Positions 1 to 14,208 of a stretch of 64,000 nucleotides of DNA are shown one piece after another. This DNA comes from Octopus bimaculoides (lineage: Eukaryota). The notes under the pieces are model-generated. The model had not been told where the DNA came from, did not search any database, and was given only the letters and a program-made list of their open reading frames with translations. Location of the stretch: assembly GCF_001194135.2 (NCBI RefSeq), contig NC_068999.1, positions 47,608,035-47,672,034 of the forward strand, in the 5' to 3' direction. Every line of letters starts with the position of its first letter. Within the stretch, counting starts at the first letter, position 1. Position numbers and translations under genes: made by a program.

Positions 1-398
1 TATAAAGAACCAAATGAATAGTATAAAAACAAGAATACATATTATTTTCAAATAGTAGAAAATCTTTAGCAAAGTGAAAACAGTACTTATCCAAATTTTT
101 CCGTATCTTCGAAACGTCTAGTTAGAATAGAGACAGCTGATGAAGGAATATTCCAAATGGCTTTCCGTTTTCCTATGTGTTCGTTCCGTTGTCTGTAGTT
201 CATTGTTCTAACGTCCTGTACCTTGATATGCATATATATACACATGTAGATGTAAGTATGTATATATATGTGTGTATACATGTATATATATTCTTTGTAT
301 TATATATATATATATATACACATATATATATATATTTATACTTCGTGTTTGGATTTGGTTTGCAAAATTCTTTATGTGAGTTCGTGTGTTGAAGCATA

Positions 399-580
399 TT
401 TTGTTGTCTGGGGAGAGCCATTCTCTTTTAGTGCCTTATGATTTAACACACTCACTGGTAAGGTTCCCACTCATTTACTTGTTTATTTTTCCTATAAGTA
501 AATGAGTGGAAACTTTACCGGTGAGTGTATTAAATAATAAGACAGTAAAAGAGAATGACTCTCCCCAGACACAACAAAAC
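399..580. repeat. Long imperfect inverted repeat (about 85-bp arms, 15-nt loop)
   Basis: Left arm 399-480 is the reverse complement of 496-580, with 8 substitutions and one 2-nt indel. Confidence 0.9.
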
Positions 581-2305
581 ATATATATGAGATGTGGGTC
601 TGGAGCATTAGAGAGTCAGCAACTAACCATTGCTTCAGTATTTTTCAGCCTCAAATAAGAAACCTGGTCTTTGTGCTGCAGTGATGCAGTTTCAGCAGTG
701 TTCTATATTTGGTGTCTGAGGGTAATGCACTCAATTGTTTCCTTGACATGTGAAGTGATTATTACTATGAGTTGTTGAAAGAAACTAGATGAGTGATTCA
801 CAACCATTTTTTTTTTATCTATAGACCCCTTCGGTTGCTATTTTATTCTGGTGGATCCCCATAACTATTTGATGCTTAAAAACTAGTATTATAGATGCTT
901 CTTTCAAAATTACTATTTTGTTCATCACATATTCACTTGTGTATGTTAAACTATGTAAAACAGTGGTTCTCAACCATTTATTATAGTGCCCTCTCCCTTT
1001 TAGCTCGTTTTTATGCCTAGCGCCCACCCAAGTGGCGAGTGGAGTGTCATGACTAAACTAAGTTAACATGGATGATGATTTATAGATTTTAGTCTAAAAA
1101 TGTATTGTGTAAGTGTTTAATAGTGAAATGATAAAAAATTGATAAAGTAAAATGTAAATTTACTTTATTACACTACAAGTTAATGACTTCCTTGTGCCTG
1201 ACAGAATCTCATTTTATTTTAATAACCATTATTTTAACCATTTATTTTAATAATCATGTATAATATAATTACTACTACAGGTAAAATTTAGTATGTTAAT
1301 TATGTTACCTCAACACCTCCTAAAGCCTAACACTGCCTTCAACATGTTCCACGCCCCCTAGAGGGGTGGTACCACCCACGTTAAGAACATATGTAAAATA
1401 TTAGAGGAAGAAACCCAGTTGTTTATTGCAACAAATTCATCTACATCAACATTTTTTTTCATGGAAATATGTACATACATGTGTGTTACTGTCTCCTTGC
1501 TTTGACTTCATGTGATAGTTGTAAGCACCATCATGTCCTCTATTTCCAAACTGCTATGAGCACATGTCTGCACATAGGGAAAAATTACCTTAGAAACAGG
1601 TGAAGGTTGATGGCAGGAAAGGCATCCAGCTGTAGAAAATCTGCCTCAACAAATTCTGTCTGACCCATGCAAGCATGAGAAAGCGGGCATCAAATGATAA
1701 TGAAAAATGATGACCTTTCAGAATTATACCACAACTCAATTTGGGACAAGACTTACAGGTTGTGAGCTGTTTGAGTTGAGATTTGCTCAACACATGGGTT
1801 TGATGTGTTTGCAGAATTTGTTGAGACAGATTTACACAATGCTCTTTCTGTCACCAATCCTCACCTATTTTCAAGCAAAGTAATATTTCTCCATTGCCAG
1901 ACATGTTTTCCACAGAAAACTTGATGCAGTGATGCTCATTTGCAACAATCACATATAAACACAAAAGTGGACACCAACACACACACACAACAGGCTTCTT
2001 CCAGTTTCCATCTGCCAAATCCATTCTCAAGGATTTGGCCAGCCCCTTAACCCAAGTGCCATACAGTGGGAGTGAACCCAAGGCCATATGCTTAGGAAGC
2101 ATGCTTCTTAACCCCATAACCACGTCTGCCAATGAAATTTTAAATTTCTGCCATGCAGATGTTATATTTATGATGGTATTGTGTTAAAAAATTATTTATC
2201 TCTGTTCTGGTGTTTTCTGTTACTTAAAATTCATGTATTTTTTTCTTTTTGTCTCTGTAAACAACTTCAGCTTTTATTCAAATATCTTTTGTTTTATCTC
2301 CTTAG

Positions 2306-2333
2306 GCAGAAAATTAAACAACCATCACATCAG
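2306..2333 (+). other. Isolated 28-nt candidate microexon, possibly an upstream exon of a long USP6NL isoform
   Basis: Polypyrimidine tract plus ctccttag acceptor and CAG|gtatga donor. Open in frame (QKIKQPSHQ-VD-MEFL) if spliced to 17356. Confidence 0.4.
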
Positions 2334-5300
2334 GTATGAGACTTAAAAATATAAACGGATTTATGATAAAGATTATTTATAATCCCCTGAAAAATATATT
2401 AGGATGAAAGATAAGGATACGTCTAATAGTTAAAATGCTGATTGATTTTCTCAAGATTTACTTTTATCATATAATTTTGCCTATTTTAAACTTTGTTGCT
2501 ATTTTTTTATTCCTACATCGTCACACCAATAATAATGGTTTCAAATTTTGGCACAAAGCCAGCAAGTTGGGGGAGGGTTTAAGTCGCTTACATTGACCCC
2601 CACTCCTCCCACAGTGTTCAACTGGTACTTATTTTATCGAATTTTGAACTCAGAACGTAAAGACGGATGAAATTCAGTTAAGTATTACTCCCCCACCCGT
2701 TGTGTTAACGTGTCTGCCAACTCACCGCCTTCATCGTCAAACCAATAATAATAATAACAACAACAATAATAATAATAGTAGTAGTAGTAATAATAATAAT
2801 AGAGAAACTACTATTAAAATGCGATTATAATTTTCCAGGTGATCAACATCATCTTTCGGGCCAATACTCGTAATATTTACATTTATATTACAGATAAGAA
2901 CAGAAGTTCCTAATTTGAATCGAACCTGAGTCTGTGTACATTGCTAGGAAGAATAAAGACACCTGATGACCGCCAGAGACGAAACTGATCGAAAATTCAT
3001 GTAGAGATAAATATTAATTGATAAGTAATATAGAAGTAAATATTGATCGAGAGGCAAATATTGTGATTACCATGGCAAAATCATGAGCAAGTCAGACGAA
3101 TTGCTTAACGACATTTTTTCTCTGGCTTTAGATTCTGAGTTCAAATTCTGCCGAGATAGACTTTGCCCTTTATCCTTTCAGGGTCGATGTAATCGTCTAA
3201 TCCTCTTCCCCCAACTTGAAGCCTTGTGCCTATAGTAGAAAGGACTGTAAGTATACACTTCAAGCATAAGGTTAAACATCGGAGAATGATACTTTTTACT
3301 AAGAGCACCTATGTCATTAAGAATATTTAGAATAACGTCACTTGTATTTTCTTCCCCACAAGTTTTATAATTCAATCAATGTAAGAAGCAGCGGTTTGGA
3401 TTGTTGTCTGAGGTAACTCTGTTGAATTTAACTTTGGAGTAATCTCCCTTGGAAGGGGAGTCGTTCTCTCCAGAGATCAGGTGGCGCTGTTGGCCAGGGC
3501 ACGTGACATGGAGGTATTCCCCGTCTTTTCGTGATGCTGTCAGCGCGATGCTCTTGGATTAAATTGGATTAATTATTTTCTTACATGTTGCCCAGGTATG
3601 GCTTCTCAATTCGTTCATATCAGCTACGTTTTAAAATCATTCTTCCCGTGTTCACCAACCTCAGCTCCCCCTCCTCCGCCTCATAAATAGCTATATATAT
3701 CTCCTATATGTTCAGTCATTGCTACCCTGTGCCATACACAGTAGCCACAGGTTCAGCCTTGGAAAATAACTTTGCAAGGTTCGAAATCCCAGCAAAAATA
3801 TCCCCATTTACTTCATCTCATTCCATGCGAAATGCGCAAGAAAATATTCCTCGTTAATAAATCATTATGGTTGACCAGTTCCAAGTTATATCCTCCCAAT
3901 ATGATTTACTATATCAACAATTTCTGTAGTCTACTCAAATATTTCTCCCACCCGTTTTCCTCCCATTTGCTAACCATGCCAATACTGTAAGTTGATTATT
4001 TAATTAAAACCGCTTATTATTATCATTACACAATCCTGTAGAGTATATATACATTTGCAGGGTATATAAAATACGTGTGTATATGTATCAGGTATATATT
4101 ATATTATATGTGAACCAGAGACTAGAATTGACTGCATAATTCTCAAGTAGTGATGTAGATTCGTTCATGTTGCTGTTACCCTTTCGATTCAGGGTGGGGC
4201 AGAATTTAACTAAAAGCAAAATGGTTTTTCTGAGTAAAATTTATTCACAATGTTTAAGATTAATTTCGTCAAACAATAATAGCTGTAAAAGTATTTCTAA
4301 AATAATAGTGATAATAATAATAATAATAATAATGTGAATGAATAATCGTATGACTACTTTAATTGTTTTTTTTTTTTTNNNNNNNNNNNNNNNNNNNNNN
4401 NNNNNNNNNNNNNNNNNNNNNNNNNNNNNNNNNNNNNNNNNNNNNNNNNNNNNNNNNNNNNNNNNNNNNNNNNNNNNNNNNNNNNNNNNNNNNNNNNNNN
4501 NNNNNNNNNNNNNNNNNNNNNTATATATATATATATATATATATATTCTATTTGTAAACACATACTCAAATAGACATGACATGCGCATCTACTATACACA
4601 CGCATTCTTCCACAAGTTTTCATTGCTATGAGTCCGCAAATATTGAAAGGTTCTTGAGTAATTAGCAATTAATTCAGCTAAATTACTATTTACTAATTTA
4701 AATTCTAAAAAAACAACCAAATAAACCCCTTACAGAAGCAAAACATTTGGGTTAAATAGACAATTAGTAAAATTTATATTTTCTTAATTTCAACTAAAAT
4801 GAGCATCTGTTAATTGTTTATATTTATTTTTTCTTGGTCTGAGAGGGGAAACGGATTGTTGGTCTAATTGTTGTATATATTTCGATGGTGTTTGTCATTA
4901 AATGGAAGTAGTTTTCTGTTGTGGGTCCTAGTGGAAATATAAGCTGCAATTTCGACTTAGATATTAATAATTTTGTCCTTTAAAGATCCACATAAAATGT
5001 TCTTTCCAGCTAAGGATTAGGGCAGTGCATTCAAATGATTTAATTTTAGAAAGTTGAACTGTTTAGAAAATGCCGTTAAGTTTTCTGAAAAGCAAAATAG
5101 CTGATATTTACTGAACAAATCTTTGAGCAAGAAGCCCCAAAGTTCAAGTCCTCTTTAAGAGTCGAGGAAGTAGAATGATGACCTCCTCAGTATCTCACAC
5201 CTACATAGAAAACTATTTAATAAAACTTCTTAAATGTACTTATAAGGCTGGGTGCGTCAAATGATAATCACATTTTTTTTTTTACTAATAACTCTAATAT

Positions 5301-8300
5301 ATTTAGTTCATTTTTAATATGAATGATTTAATAACGAAACCTCTTTAGCTTCTTTTCAGTTTTTCGATACTGACAAGTATAGAATGACGTCTAAATGATT
5401 TTTTTCTCTCCTTATTAAACTTCAAGTTGGTTCTCGACATCTTCACGTATGTTTGCATTATTGTTGTAGTATTTCTAAACTTGAGTAAAAAGTGTCTTGC
5501 CTATTAATCATAGATTTCTTCTTCGTATGTCAGTGCAACTTTGGATATCAAATTAACATCTCAAGTTTTAATCTCATAATGGACTTATAGAATAGTAATA
5601 ATAATAATAATATCAATGGGATGTTTTTCATGAATTGACTGTTCAAATATTTCCATATGTAACATGTTATCTCACCATACTCGTACAAATATAGAACAGT
5701 TTTTTTTTTCAACTCTAAACAGTTTTTTACTTCAAAAATATATTTTTTTATTTTTTGTAGTTTCCTTGTCTGTGGAAGTTAAGTATTTTCCCCGATTTCA
5801 CACATACTTAGATTTGAAAAAAAAAAAAATTTAGATTAACTGTTAAGCCCTTATATTTTCCTTCTTCTTCTTCCAAACCAAACTGAAGAGTTTAATTATT
5901 TGCAAAAACATTTTCCCGATAAACCTGAATAAAACGAATTTGGTACAACGGAATCGCTATTATTATTAATCAAGGTCTTGTTTCCCTTATAAAAGTGTTT
6001 AGGTGATCTATTGAAGTTTGAGAGAAAAAAAAATTATTGACCATTTTCATATTTATAACAATTTTATTTTAATGATAAATAACCCCAAACATAACGATAT
6101 ATATGTATACTAATATCATTCTGTTTCTGGGGATCCGACAAAAAAGTTTTGACTCTTTAATGTTATTAGTTTCCCATTTTTGATATTTATTTTCACCATT
6201 TTGTTCGTGTCTCTAATAAAAGTTTAGTTACTATTTTTATTGTTTTAACCGCCTTGTTTTGTGTATATATTGTTTTTTAAAGTATTAAAGTGTCAATAAC
6301 TAGTTTCTCTTATATAATGGCTGCTCCATAAAGAAGGAATTTTCTCTGCTTTTATCAACAAGTAACTTTTCAGCACCAAAAACATTAGCAGAAAGGTGTA
6401 ACTTTATAAATATCTGTCTATATTATATTTAATTTTGTTATGAATTTTACACATTCACACGCACTTACACCACTTGACCTAATGTATTTTCAGTCTTGCT
6501 ATAAGTGCTGTCTAATTTATTCCTTATTTCAATAAATGGTAACTACTGATGCTATAGTTTCTCACTCGGTATTGGCTGTCAAAGTCATAGAACTGCGAGA
6601 TTCGCCTCTAAGCTTATGACCTAATTCCTTTTGACACTAACTGCTTTCTCCTACAAAATAGCATGTTTTTTCCCCCTTTTACTAGCACCATCGCACATTT
6701 TCTCTAGTCGGTATATCTTCAACAATTTCGTTGCATTAGTCAGTATGTTACAATATCTTATATAGCTTCTTCATTGCTATTTCAACTTTCGTTGAAACTG
6801 TTGGGTTCCATCTTCATTCAGCGTAAAGTATTTTCTAATATTTAAGTATCTATTTGAATAAAGCAAGATTTAATCACTGGGGAAGATATTTTTCGTCATA
6901 AGGGGTAAAATAAGTTTAAGTAAAACTTTGCTCAATAATTCTAGTTGTAACGTTGTTCTTAAACCTGTTTCAGGACCTCATATTTATGTCCATATTCTTA
7001 TTCTCAAACCCCAAATAGGTTATACAAACGAGACAAACTTTCATTCCCCTGCTGCACTGCTGGTTATTCAGGACAGCAGTTTACTCCAAATAAGAATTGA
7101 CACAAGACAGGCTACTCTAGTCTCAACTTTCCTTGTATTCTATAAAATGCACCCAGTCCACGCTACACCGTGTGACACGCATGACAACAAAGTTAACCAG
7201 TTGTCTCTGTTGCTATGAGCACAACACGATGTGGACTAATGGGACCGTACAACTCATACCAGCATAGAAAATGGGTAAGAATTAGGATGATTATAAATCT
7301 CGAAGCATATTTTAATGCCTGCTTAAAATATTTAATCGTATTGTAAAATAGATATTATTTTACATAGGCTCGAGACTCCAAAAGTTTTTTGTGGGGAGGG
7401 AACAACCGATGAGATCAGTAGTTCTCAACAATTTAAAAAAATTTTTATCTATGAATTCCTATAGTGCTATTCTACTCTGGTGGATCCCTCGCCTCATAGC
7501 TTTGTGGTGTTTAAAAACAAATTTATAGATACTTCTTTCAAAATTTCTATTTTCTTTCTCACTCATTCTCTTGTGTAAGTTTACCATAGCACTCTCAGGG
7601 TGAACATGTTTGAATGACCGGAAACATGTTGAACTGTGTAAAGCGTTAGAGAAAGAAACCTTGTTTCCCGTAAGAAATACACATAGATCCCTAGAATACT
7701 ATGTAGACACCCAATTTACTATTTAGCTTCAATGGACCCCTAAGAGTCGCAAGTACCCAGGTTAAGAAGCGCTGCACTAAATCGATCTCTTTCTTTGTCT
7801 GCTACATTATTTTGTAGACCCCCCCCCCACTTCCCTCCAGATGACTGAATGGCTAAGTTGACCTCTACTTGGTTTGAATTTGGAAAGTAAGGAACCTTAA
7901 CTAAATACTGCAAGGTATTACTGTCTGATGTATCTAATGATGCTTCCAGTCCTAGGTTTGACAACTCTGTTACTGGTTTTGAAGCTGCTTGGCCCTGTCA
8001 TTGCTACTACTTAGCTTCGGTACCATATTATTTTGATATCCTCCACACACACACACATATAATTCCCTAACTGGTTTCAGTTATGCTGGGGCATTGTCCT
8101 GGAGGGTTTGGTTGATCAGATCGACATCAGTTCATTTTCTAAGCCTGGTACTTATTCTATCGATCCATTTTGCGGAACTGTTAAATTACGGGGACTTAAA
8201 GAAGCTAACACCTGTTGTCAAATAATGTTAAATAGTTACCAAAAAAAAACAATAGTGTCCTGGGAGAGTCATTATGCCAATATTATTGTTAACACACGCA

Positions 8301-8529
8301 AACCAGATACAAAAACAACTTTAACATATCTCAACAAAAAATAGTTTCAAACATGACATTCCTCGACAAAAGATTGATTGGTATATAAAACAGCTTTCCA
8401 CAGTTAATGTTAATGATGTTTCGAATGCAGTAAAAAGGGTTAAGAAAAGAGAGAGAGAGAGAGTGTGTGTATGTGTTAGAGGCCTATGTTGTTAATGGCT
8501 GTCTCCTGTGAGTGAGTGTTAAAGGGGGT

Positions 8530-9540
8530 GGTCTTTCTAGAGAATGGTGCACACTGTAACGCGTCTCCAAAGATCAGGGTAGATTCCTGTAATGAAGGAG
8601 GAATTGAAGAGTTTAGTGAGTATAGAAGCTAACTCTGGGTTGCAGTGTTTGTGAGCAATGGGAGGGATAGTTTCAGAGGGTGGGGCTGGAGGGGGCCTTG
8701 TGAAAGTATGCAAAGTGTTGGACCCAGAAAGGGATAGATTTGAGTGCAGATTTACCAAATGTGTGTAGTGTGGCACTATCGGCAGCATCTTTGGTTTGCA
8801 TAGCTGTATCAGAGCTGTTAGCAAACTATTTGGAATGTTTGATGTTGTTGTGTAGAGAGAAATAGCCAGAGAGAGATATGCTATTGCCATTGGTCATCCA
8901 GTTAGCTGTTTTGATTGGTCAGAGGTGAAACATCTCCTATTCAGAACAATCAGTTTACTGCAGAAATGAGATATTTTTATTCAAAATTTTATTACCTTTA
9001 ACTGTAGACAGCAGTTTTATATACTAACCAATCTTTTGTTGAGGAACGTCACTATTTTTTGTTTTTTTGAGATGTGTCAAGTCCATTGCAGAAAATACCA
9101 ATTCTGTTTTTTGGTAAATATTTAACATCATTACAGTGAAAAGGTTAATTACCTGAGTCGAAGTACCCAGGGTTTGGGGGTGGGGCCGGTCAGCAGTGTT
9201 GTATGTGGAGGAATAATTCTGAGTAATAGAAATAGAATAGTAAGTGATAGAAACTCTACTTCTGGTTTATTTTGTGAAATACGAACAGTAAGGAGTAGTT
9301 GTGTCTGAGTAAAATCAAAATCTCTTGTATTGACAAAGAAAATTTGTTTGTTTTGCTGAGTATAAGTATGGGACATGAAAAGTGTGTTGCCTTGAACAAG
9401 TAATAATGACGGTAATGGTCTTGTATTGTCTGGAAGGGAGTGGACTGAGTATGGATTAAAGTGAATAGAAATCTAAGAAATAGATTTGTGAGTTTCAGAG
9501 AGCTGGTGGTGCAATAGAATATCAAATGCATTAATCATTG
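8530..9540 (-). mobile_element. CR1/Jockey-like LINE relic
   Basis: ORF 8537..8890 ends IPPIAHKHCNPELASILTKLFNSSFITGIYPDLWRRVTV, the typical pre-RT motif (IP..VLK.CAPEL...L..LFN....G.FP..WK). Upstream frames are decayed. Confidence 0.65.
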
Positions 9541-10145
9541 GAAATGTGCATGTATTGTGTGTGTTTATAAATACACACACACACTGTGTGTTTATGTGTA
9601 ATACATATATCTCATTGTACTGGCTAGACTACTGGATGTTTGGATGTTGGTATACACTGCGGGGTGACGATGTGCTGCCTTGCATTGTTTTAGCTTTTGA
9701 ATGATATCACCCCCACAGGTTAGGTAGACAATCCAACAGTCCCCTTGAATAGAACACCAGCAGACTGGAACAACCTAAAATGAAATGCTTAGCCCAAGAA
9801 TACAACACACCAATGGTTTATGAATGGAAACCATGTTCTTGCTATCGTGAGTGCAACACCCTAACCACTAGGCTATTTGCCTTCACACGCACACACGTGT
9901 TTAAGTGTGTATAGATTACAACATAGAAGGTGACTAAAGCAAAGGTAAATGTGGGTTATTAACAAGTGGTAGGCTAGTGATAATGTTAGTGTGAGACGAA
10001 TGTAGGATTTAACATGTCTTCCATATTGCTGTTAATCGTTTTTTTTTTTGTTTTGTTTTTTATGTCATGAGATATAGTGAGAAAAGAAAGGGCAAAGTCC
10101 ATGACACGAATATGTTTCTGGACTGATGTGATTGATGCTCTAACT

Positions 10146-10389
10146 CAGTGGTTCCCCAAATTTTTCAGGTTGCAGCCCCCTTGACACCCACACCACATTC
10201 CTAGCACCCCCACCCCAACTAATCATCACAAATAAAACTTAACCTAACGAACCCATTATTTTGTTGATTTTACATGGATCACTACCCCATTATTGTCCCA
10301 CTTTTCACATGAATCGCTACCCCATTATCGCCCCCTTAGAACTTTTCACTGCCCCTTGGGAGCAAAACTACCCACTTTGGGAACCATTG
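10146..10389. mobile_element. hAT/Charlie-type MITE with a perfect 8-bp TSD
   Basis: TIRs cagtggttccccaaa and tttgggaaccattg; TSD CTCTAACT at 10138-10145 and 10390-10397. Related hAT-like ends at 961-1390 and 7416-7774. Confidence 0.88.
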
Positions 10390-11696
10390 CTCTAACTCAT
10401 ACTAGGTTGACCAATCAACATTAAGTCCAGCCAGCGTTCTATCGTCAGCCAATGATTGGCTAAAGCAGTACTTCGCAAAACTGACAACAAAGACCAGTCT
10501 CTCCAGGCATCTTAAATGTTAGTAAACTTTATTGCTTCACCACTCCTATTAATGGGAAGATACAGTTTGCATCCATATCACTCTTCTTTCTTCTCCATGA
10601 TGTTTAAAAAAGGTTAAAAGCATCTTAATTTTATTAAACACAGCAGTTTGTCTGTTCACCCTCTATACATAAACACACCAAGAGAAACTCTGGGTCAAAA
10701 TGTCTTTGTCTGGATTGAAAAGAGTGAGTCAGGTTTGAGACTGTTTTCATTCATCGGGAATCTTTTCAGTCTCTGTAAGACTTGGCCAGCATATCTTTGT
10801 GGCAAGTCGTCTTCATTTTGTATAAATAAGACAGTATCACAATATCATTTCGCTTCATTTAGTAATTATGTGATTAATAGTATTATTTTTATGGCCTGAG
10901 GCTACATCAATATTTGGAGACTGTTCTATTTGATAAGCATGAAAGGACGACAAAAAACTGGCTATTTATGAGGGGGGGGGGAACACATCTAACATAACAT
11001 CATTAGCGATTACACTGAGTATTAATAGAGAAATATTAATAACAATAAATAATTCTATTTCATTAGCTTCAGCCATAGCTTTGCAATTTAGCTACTTATG
11101 TTGACATCACAACTACAAAAGCCAATTAATAATGCATAACTTTAGATGATGGAAAACCATGCATAATTTCAGTGAAATTAAACTGTATTTGGCAAAGATG
11201 AAGAAGCTCATCAAATTTCACTTGATGATAATATTCAATCAAACTATTAAATTAATTGAGTATTACAGCCATAAATCACAACCATAAAAAGGGAATTAGT
11301 AATCAGTGACCAGGATTGTCCAAATGATGTTGATAATAGTGTATGAACCTTCTAAAGGAGTAATGTGATTAATTTGAAATTGTAAAGTTGTTTTAACAGC
11401 TTAACTGCGAGAAGTTGTTATAATGCCAGGGTGTCATTTGAGGGAAATTTCTCTCTTTTAGGCACAAGTGTGGCAGAGTGGTTAAAAAGCTTGCTTCCCA
11501 GCCATGTGGTTTCAGGTTCAGTCCCACTGTGCAGTACTTTGAGTCAGTGTCTTCTATTGTCCTGAGCTGACCAAAACCTTATGGGTGGGTTTGGTTGATG
11601 TAAGCTGAAAGAAGCCCTCTGTATCTATATGTTGTGTGTGTATATATATGTATATATATATGCACACATATACATACATGTATATACATATACACT

Positions 11697-11756
<60 letters not shown>

Positions 11757-14208
11757 TCATTTGTGTGTATGTTGGTATGTACCCTTGTCTTGATAATCAT
11801 GATGATTGTAAATGAGTATCACCATCATACAAGTGATGTTGATTTCCAGTCTTCCTTGAATAACATATCTGATCACAGGGAAACATTACCATGCTTTGGG
11901 AAACAAGTGAGGGTTGGCGACAGGAAGCGGGGGCATGTGGCTGTAAAAAAAAAAAAAGAATCTTGCATCAATAAATTCCATCCAACCTATGCAACCAAGG
12001 AAAAGTGGATGTTAGACATTGATGACTAATAAGGATGATGTTTCAGTTTCCTTTTTGGAACTAACAACACAGACTAACATGAGAGTGAGAATTCTGATGC
12101 TGAATGGAGGTGAGACTTCAGCAATGAACTCTTGAGATTTTGTTAATCTGAGCACATGGATAAATGTTAGACATGCTAGGCACATGTATGACAGTGTGGT
12201 AAGATCCCACCTCATGACAGTGGGATCTTACCCCAGGCCTGGAAACTGAAAGCCCATCATCACATATATATATATGAAGGCGCATAGCTTAGCGGTTAGG
12301 ATGTTGCACTCAGGATTGTGAGATCATGGTTTTGATTCCAAGACCAGGCGTTCTGTTGTGTTCTTGAGCAAAACACTTTATTTCATGTTGCTCTGCGATC
12401 TTTTTGTCATCTGACATGTGGCACATGGTGCATCTGTACAGGTAATGTCAGTTTGATGGAGGGAGTGAGCTTATGCATACACAAACATTTGATCACTGTA
12501 AACAAAGCTTATGTGTTGTTGTTCGGCAAGAAATTGCTGAACCCTTATATGTTGTCTAACAATGGGAGAGTCCATGATATATGTGTGTGTGTTTTATTGT
12601 CTCTTGCTTTGACATCACATGATATAGTTGTCAAAGACCAGTGTCCTCGACATGCTAGTGGTGTTCTTCATTTCTATTTATATTCTGTGGAAACGTGTCT
12701 GGTCATAAGGAAATGGCACTCTACTTGGAGACAGGAAGGGCATCCGGCTGTAGAAAATTTGCCTTAACAAATTCTGTCTGACTCATGTGAGCATGGAAAA
12801 GTGGATGTTAAAATGATTATGATGATGATGATAATCAAGTATTATGAAATTTAAGAAATATTTTCAAAATCAACATTTAGTCCTTACCAGAAATTGAGAT
12901 TTATTAGACAGTTAGATTGGAAGCCTCCAGGATGTGGTAATTTTCAGTTCAAGTGAAAAATGCTGCGAAAAAATAGATTTCCAGCATATCCATATAAGTA
13001 ATTTTTCTGATATATAAATAGCAGTGGTGCCACTTGTACAAAAGGGTCCTTGACAGGTTGTCTTTTCTGCAGTCTACGTAGCTAGTTTTCTTTGTGCTAC
13101 TCGGAGACTAGGCAAAGAAAGAAATACTGATATATTTAACAGCAAAGATACATCAAGAAACAACCGGAGACAAAATTACCCCAGGGCTCCTGTGTACCGA
13201 AGCAGTAAAACCCTAGGTTAAAAGTTTATAGGCCAGTTATTACAGCTGATCCAACTTGGGTGTGAGATGTTTTTAACTCCACTCATTCAATGCTAACTTA
13301 TTGACACCATATGTTTTAATGTTTCTCTTGTTCTCTCCCTCCGTCCACCACTTTTTAAAAATATGTTTGTGAACATATTTCTCTTTGTGTGTTTGAGCCA
13401 AGGGAAAGTGTTTATGCCAATAGTGTTCAGTTAACAAACTGTATTAACTGTGCCTAGCGTGTCTAACATTTATTCGTGTTTTCAGATTAACAGAATCTCA
13501 AGATTTCTCTGTTTAAGTTTCACTTTCATTCAGTGTCCTGATTCTCACAGAGATGTTAGTTTTATGTTGTTAGTTCCAAAAAGGAAGTTGAAACATAATC
13601 TTCATTGTCTAGTAGTGTGTGTATATTTCTGCATATACTTGAAAGAAAGAAAGAGAGAGAGAGAGAGTGGATGTGTGTGTTTGCCTCCAGTGTCTAAAAG
13701 TACTGTCACCAAAACAGGTTCCATGTCCAGTTAGTCATGTTGAATCACCTGCATCCACCTAACTACATCCAATTGTCTCATTCTGTCCTATTCAACATAA
13801 TAGTTAGTATCTTCAAAGGATGGCAAATCTGTTCTGAAGTAACTTCAGAAAGAGAATTCAAAAAGAAATACGGTATGTTTTGACAATGTAAGAAGCAGGG
13901 GTTATTACGAGTGATTGATTTTTCATTCGTAAATAGTTAAACCCTCCTCAAACAGGAACTAGGTGTTCTTCTGCCACCTTCCTTCTAAGCGTGGGCTGTT
14001 ACACTAATCATCTATGTTAATCATGCCCTTATAAATTAGAGTGAATGAATTGTATGTGATGGGGAGCATATAACGTTTTTATTCTTGTGTGAGTCATTTT
14101 AATATTGGTGAACACACACACACACACACGCACATGTTGAACCGTTAATCCCAACACATTTTTTCACTCTCAGTTTTTTTTCTTTTTGTTTTTTTACCTC
14201 TCTCAATC

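Noticed and set aside
87-421. ORFs at the window start
   Set aside because: Derived from (TA)/(TG) microsatellite and repeat sequence; no protein similarity recognised.
5112-5200. - strand segment with good acceptor and donor, considered as an exon of a leftward gene
   Set aside because: Stops in all three frames and no other supporting exons; at most non-coding.
6540-6860. Coding-like composition on the - strand (IRKYFTLNEDGTQQFQRKLK...)
   Set aside because: Multiple stops, no splice-consistent exon, and the family is not identifiable by eye; possibly an old transposon relic.
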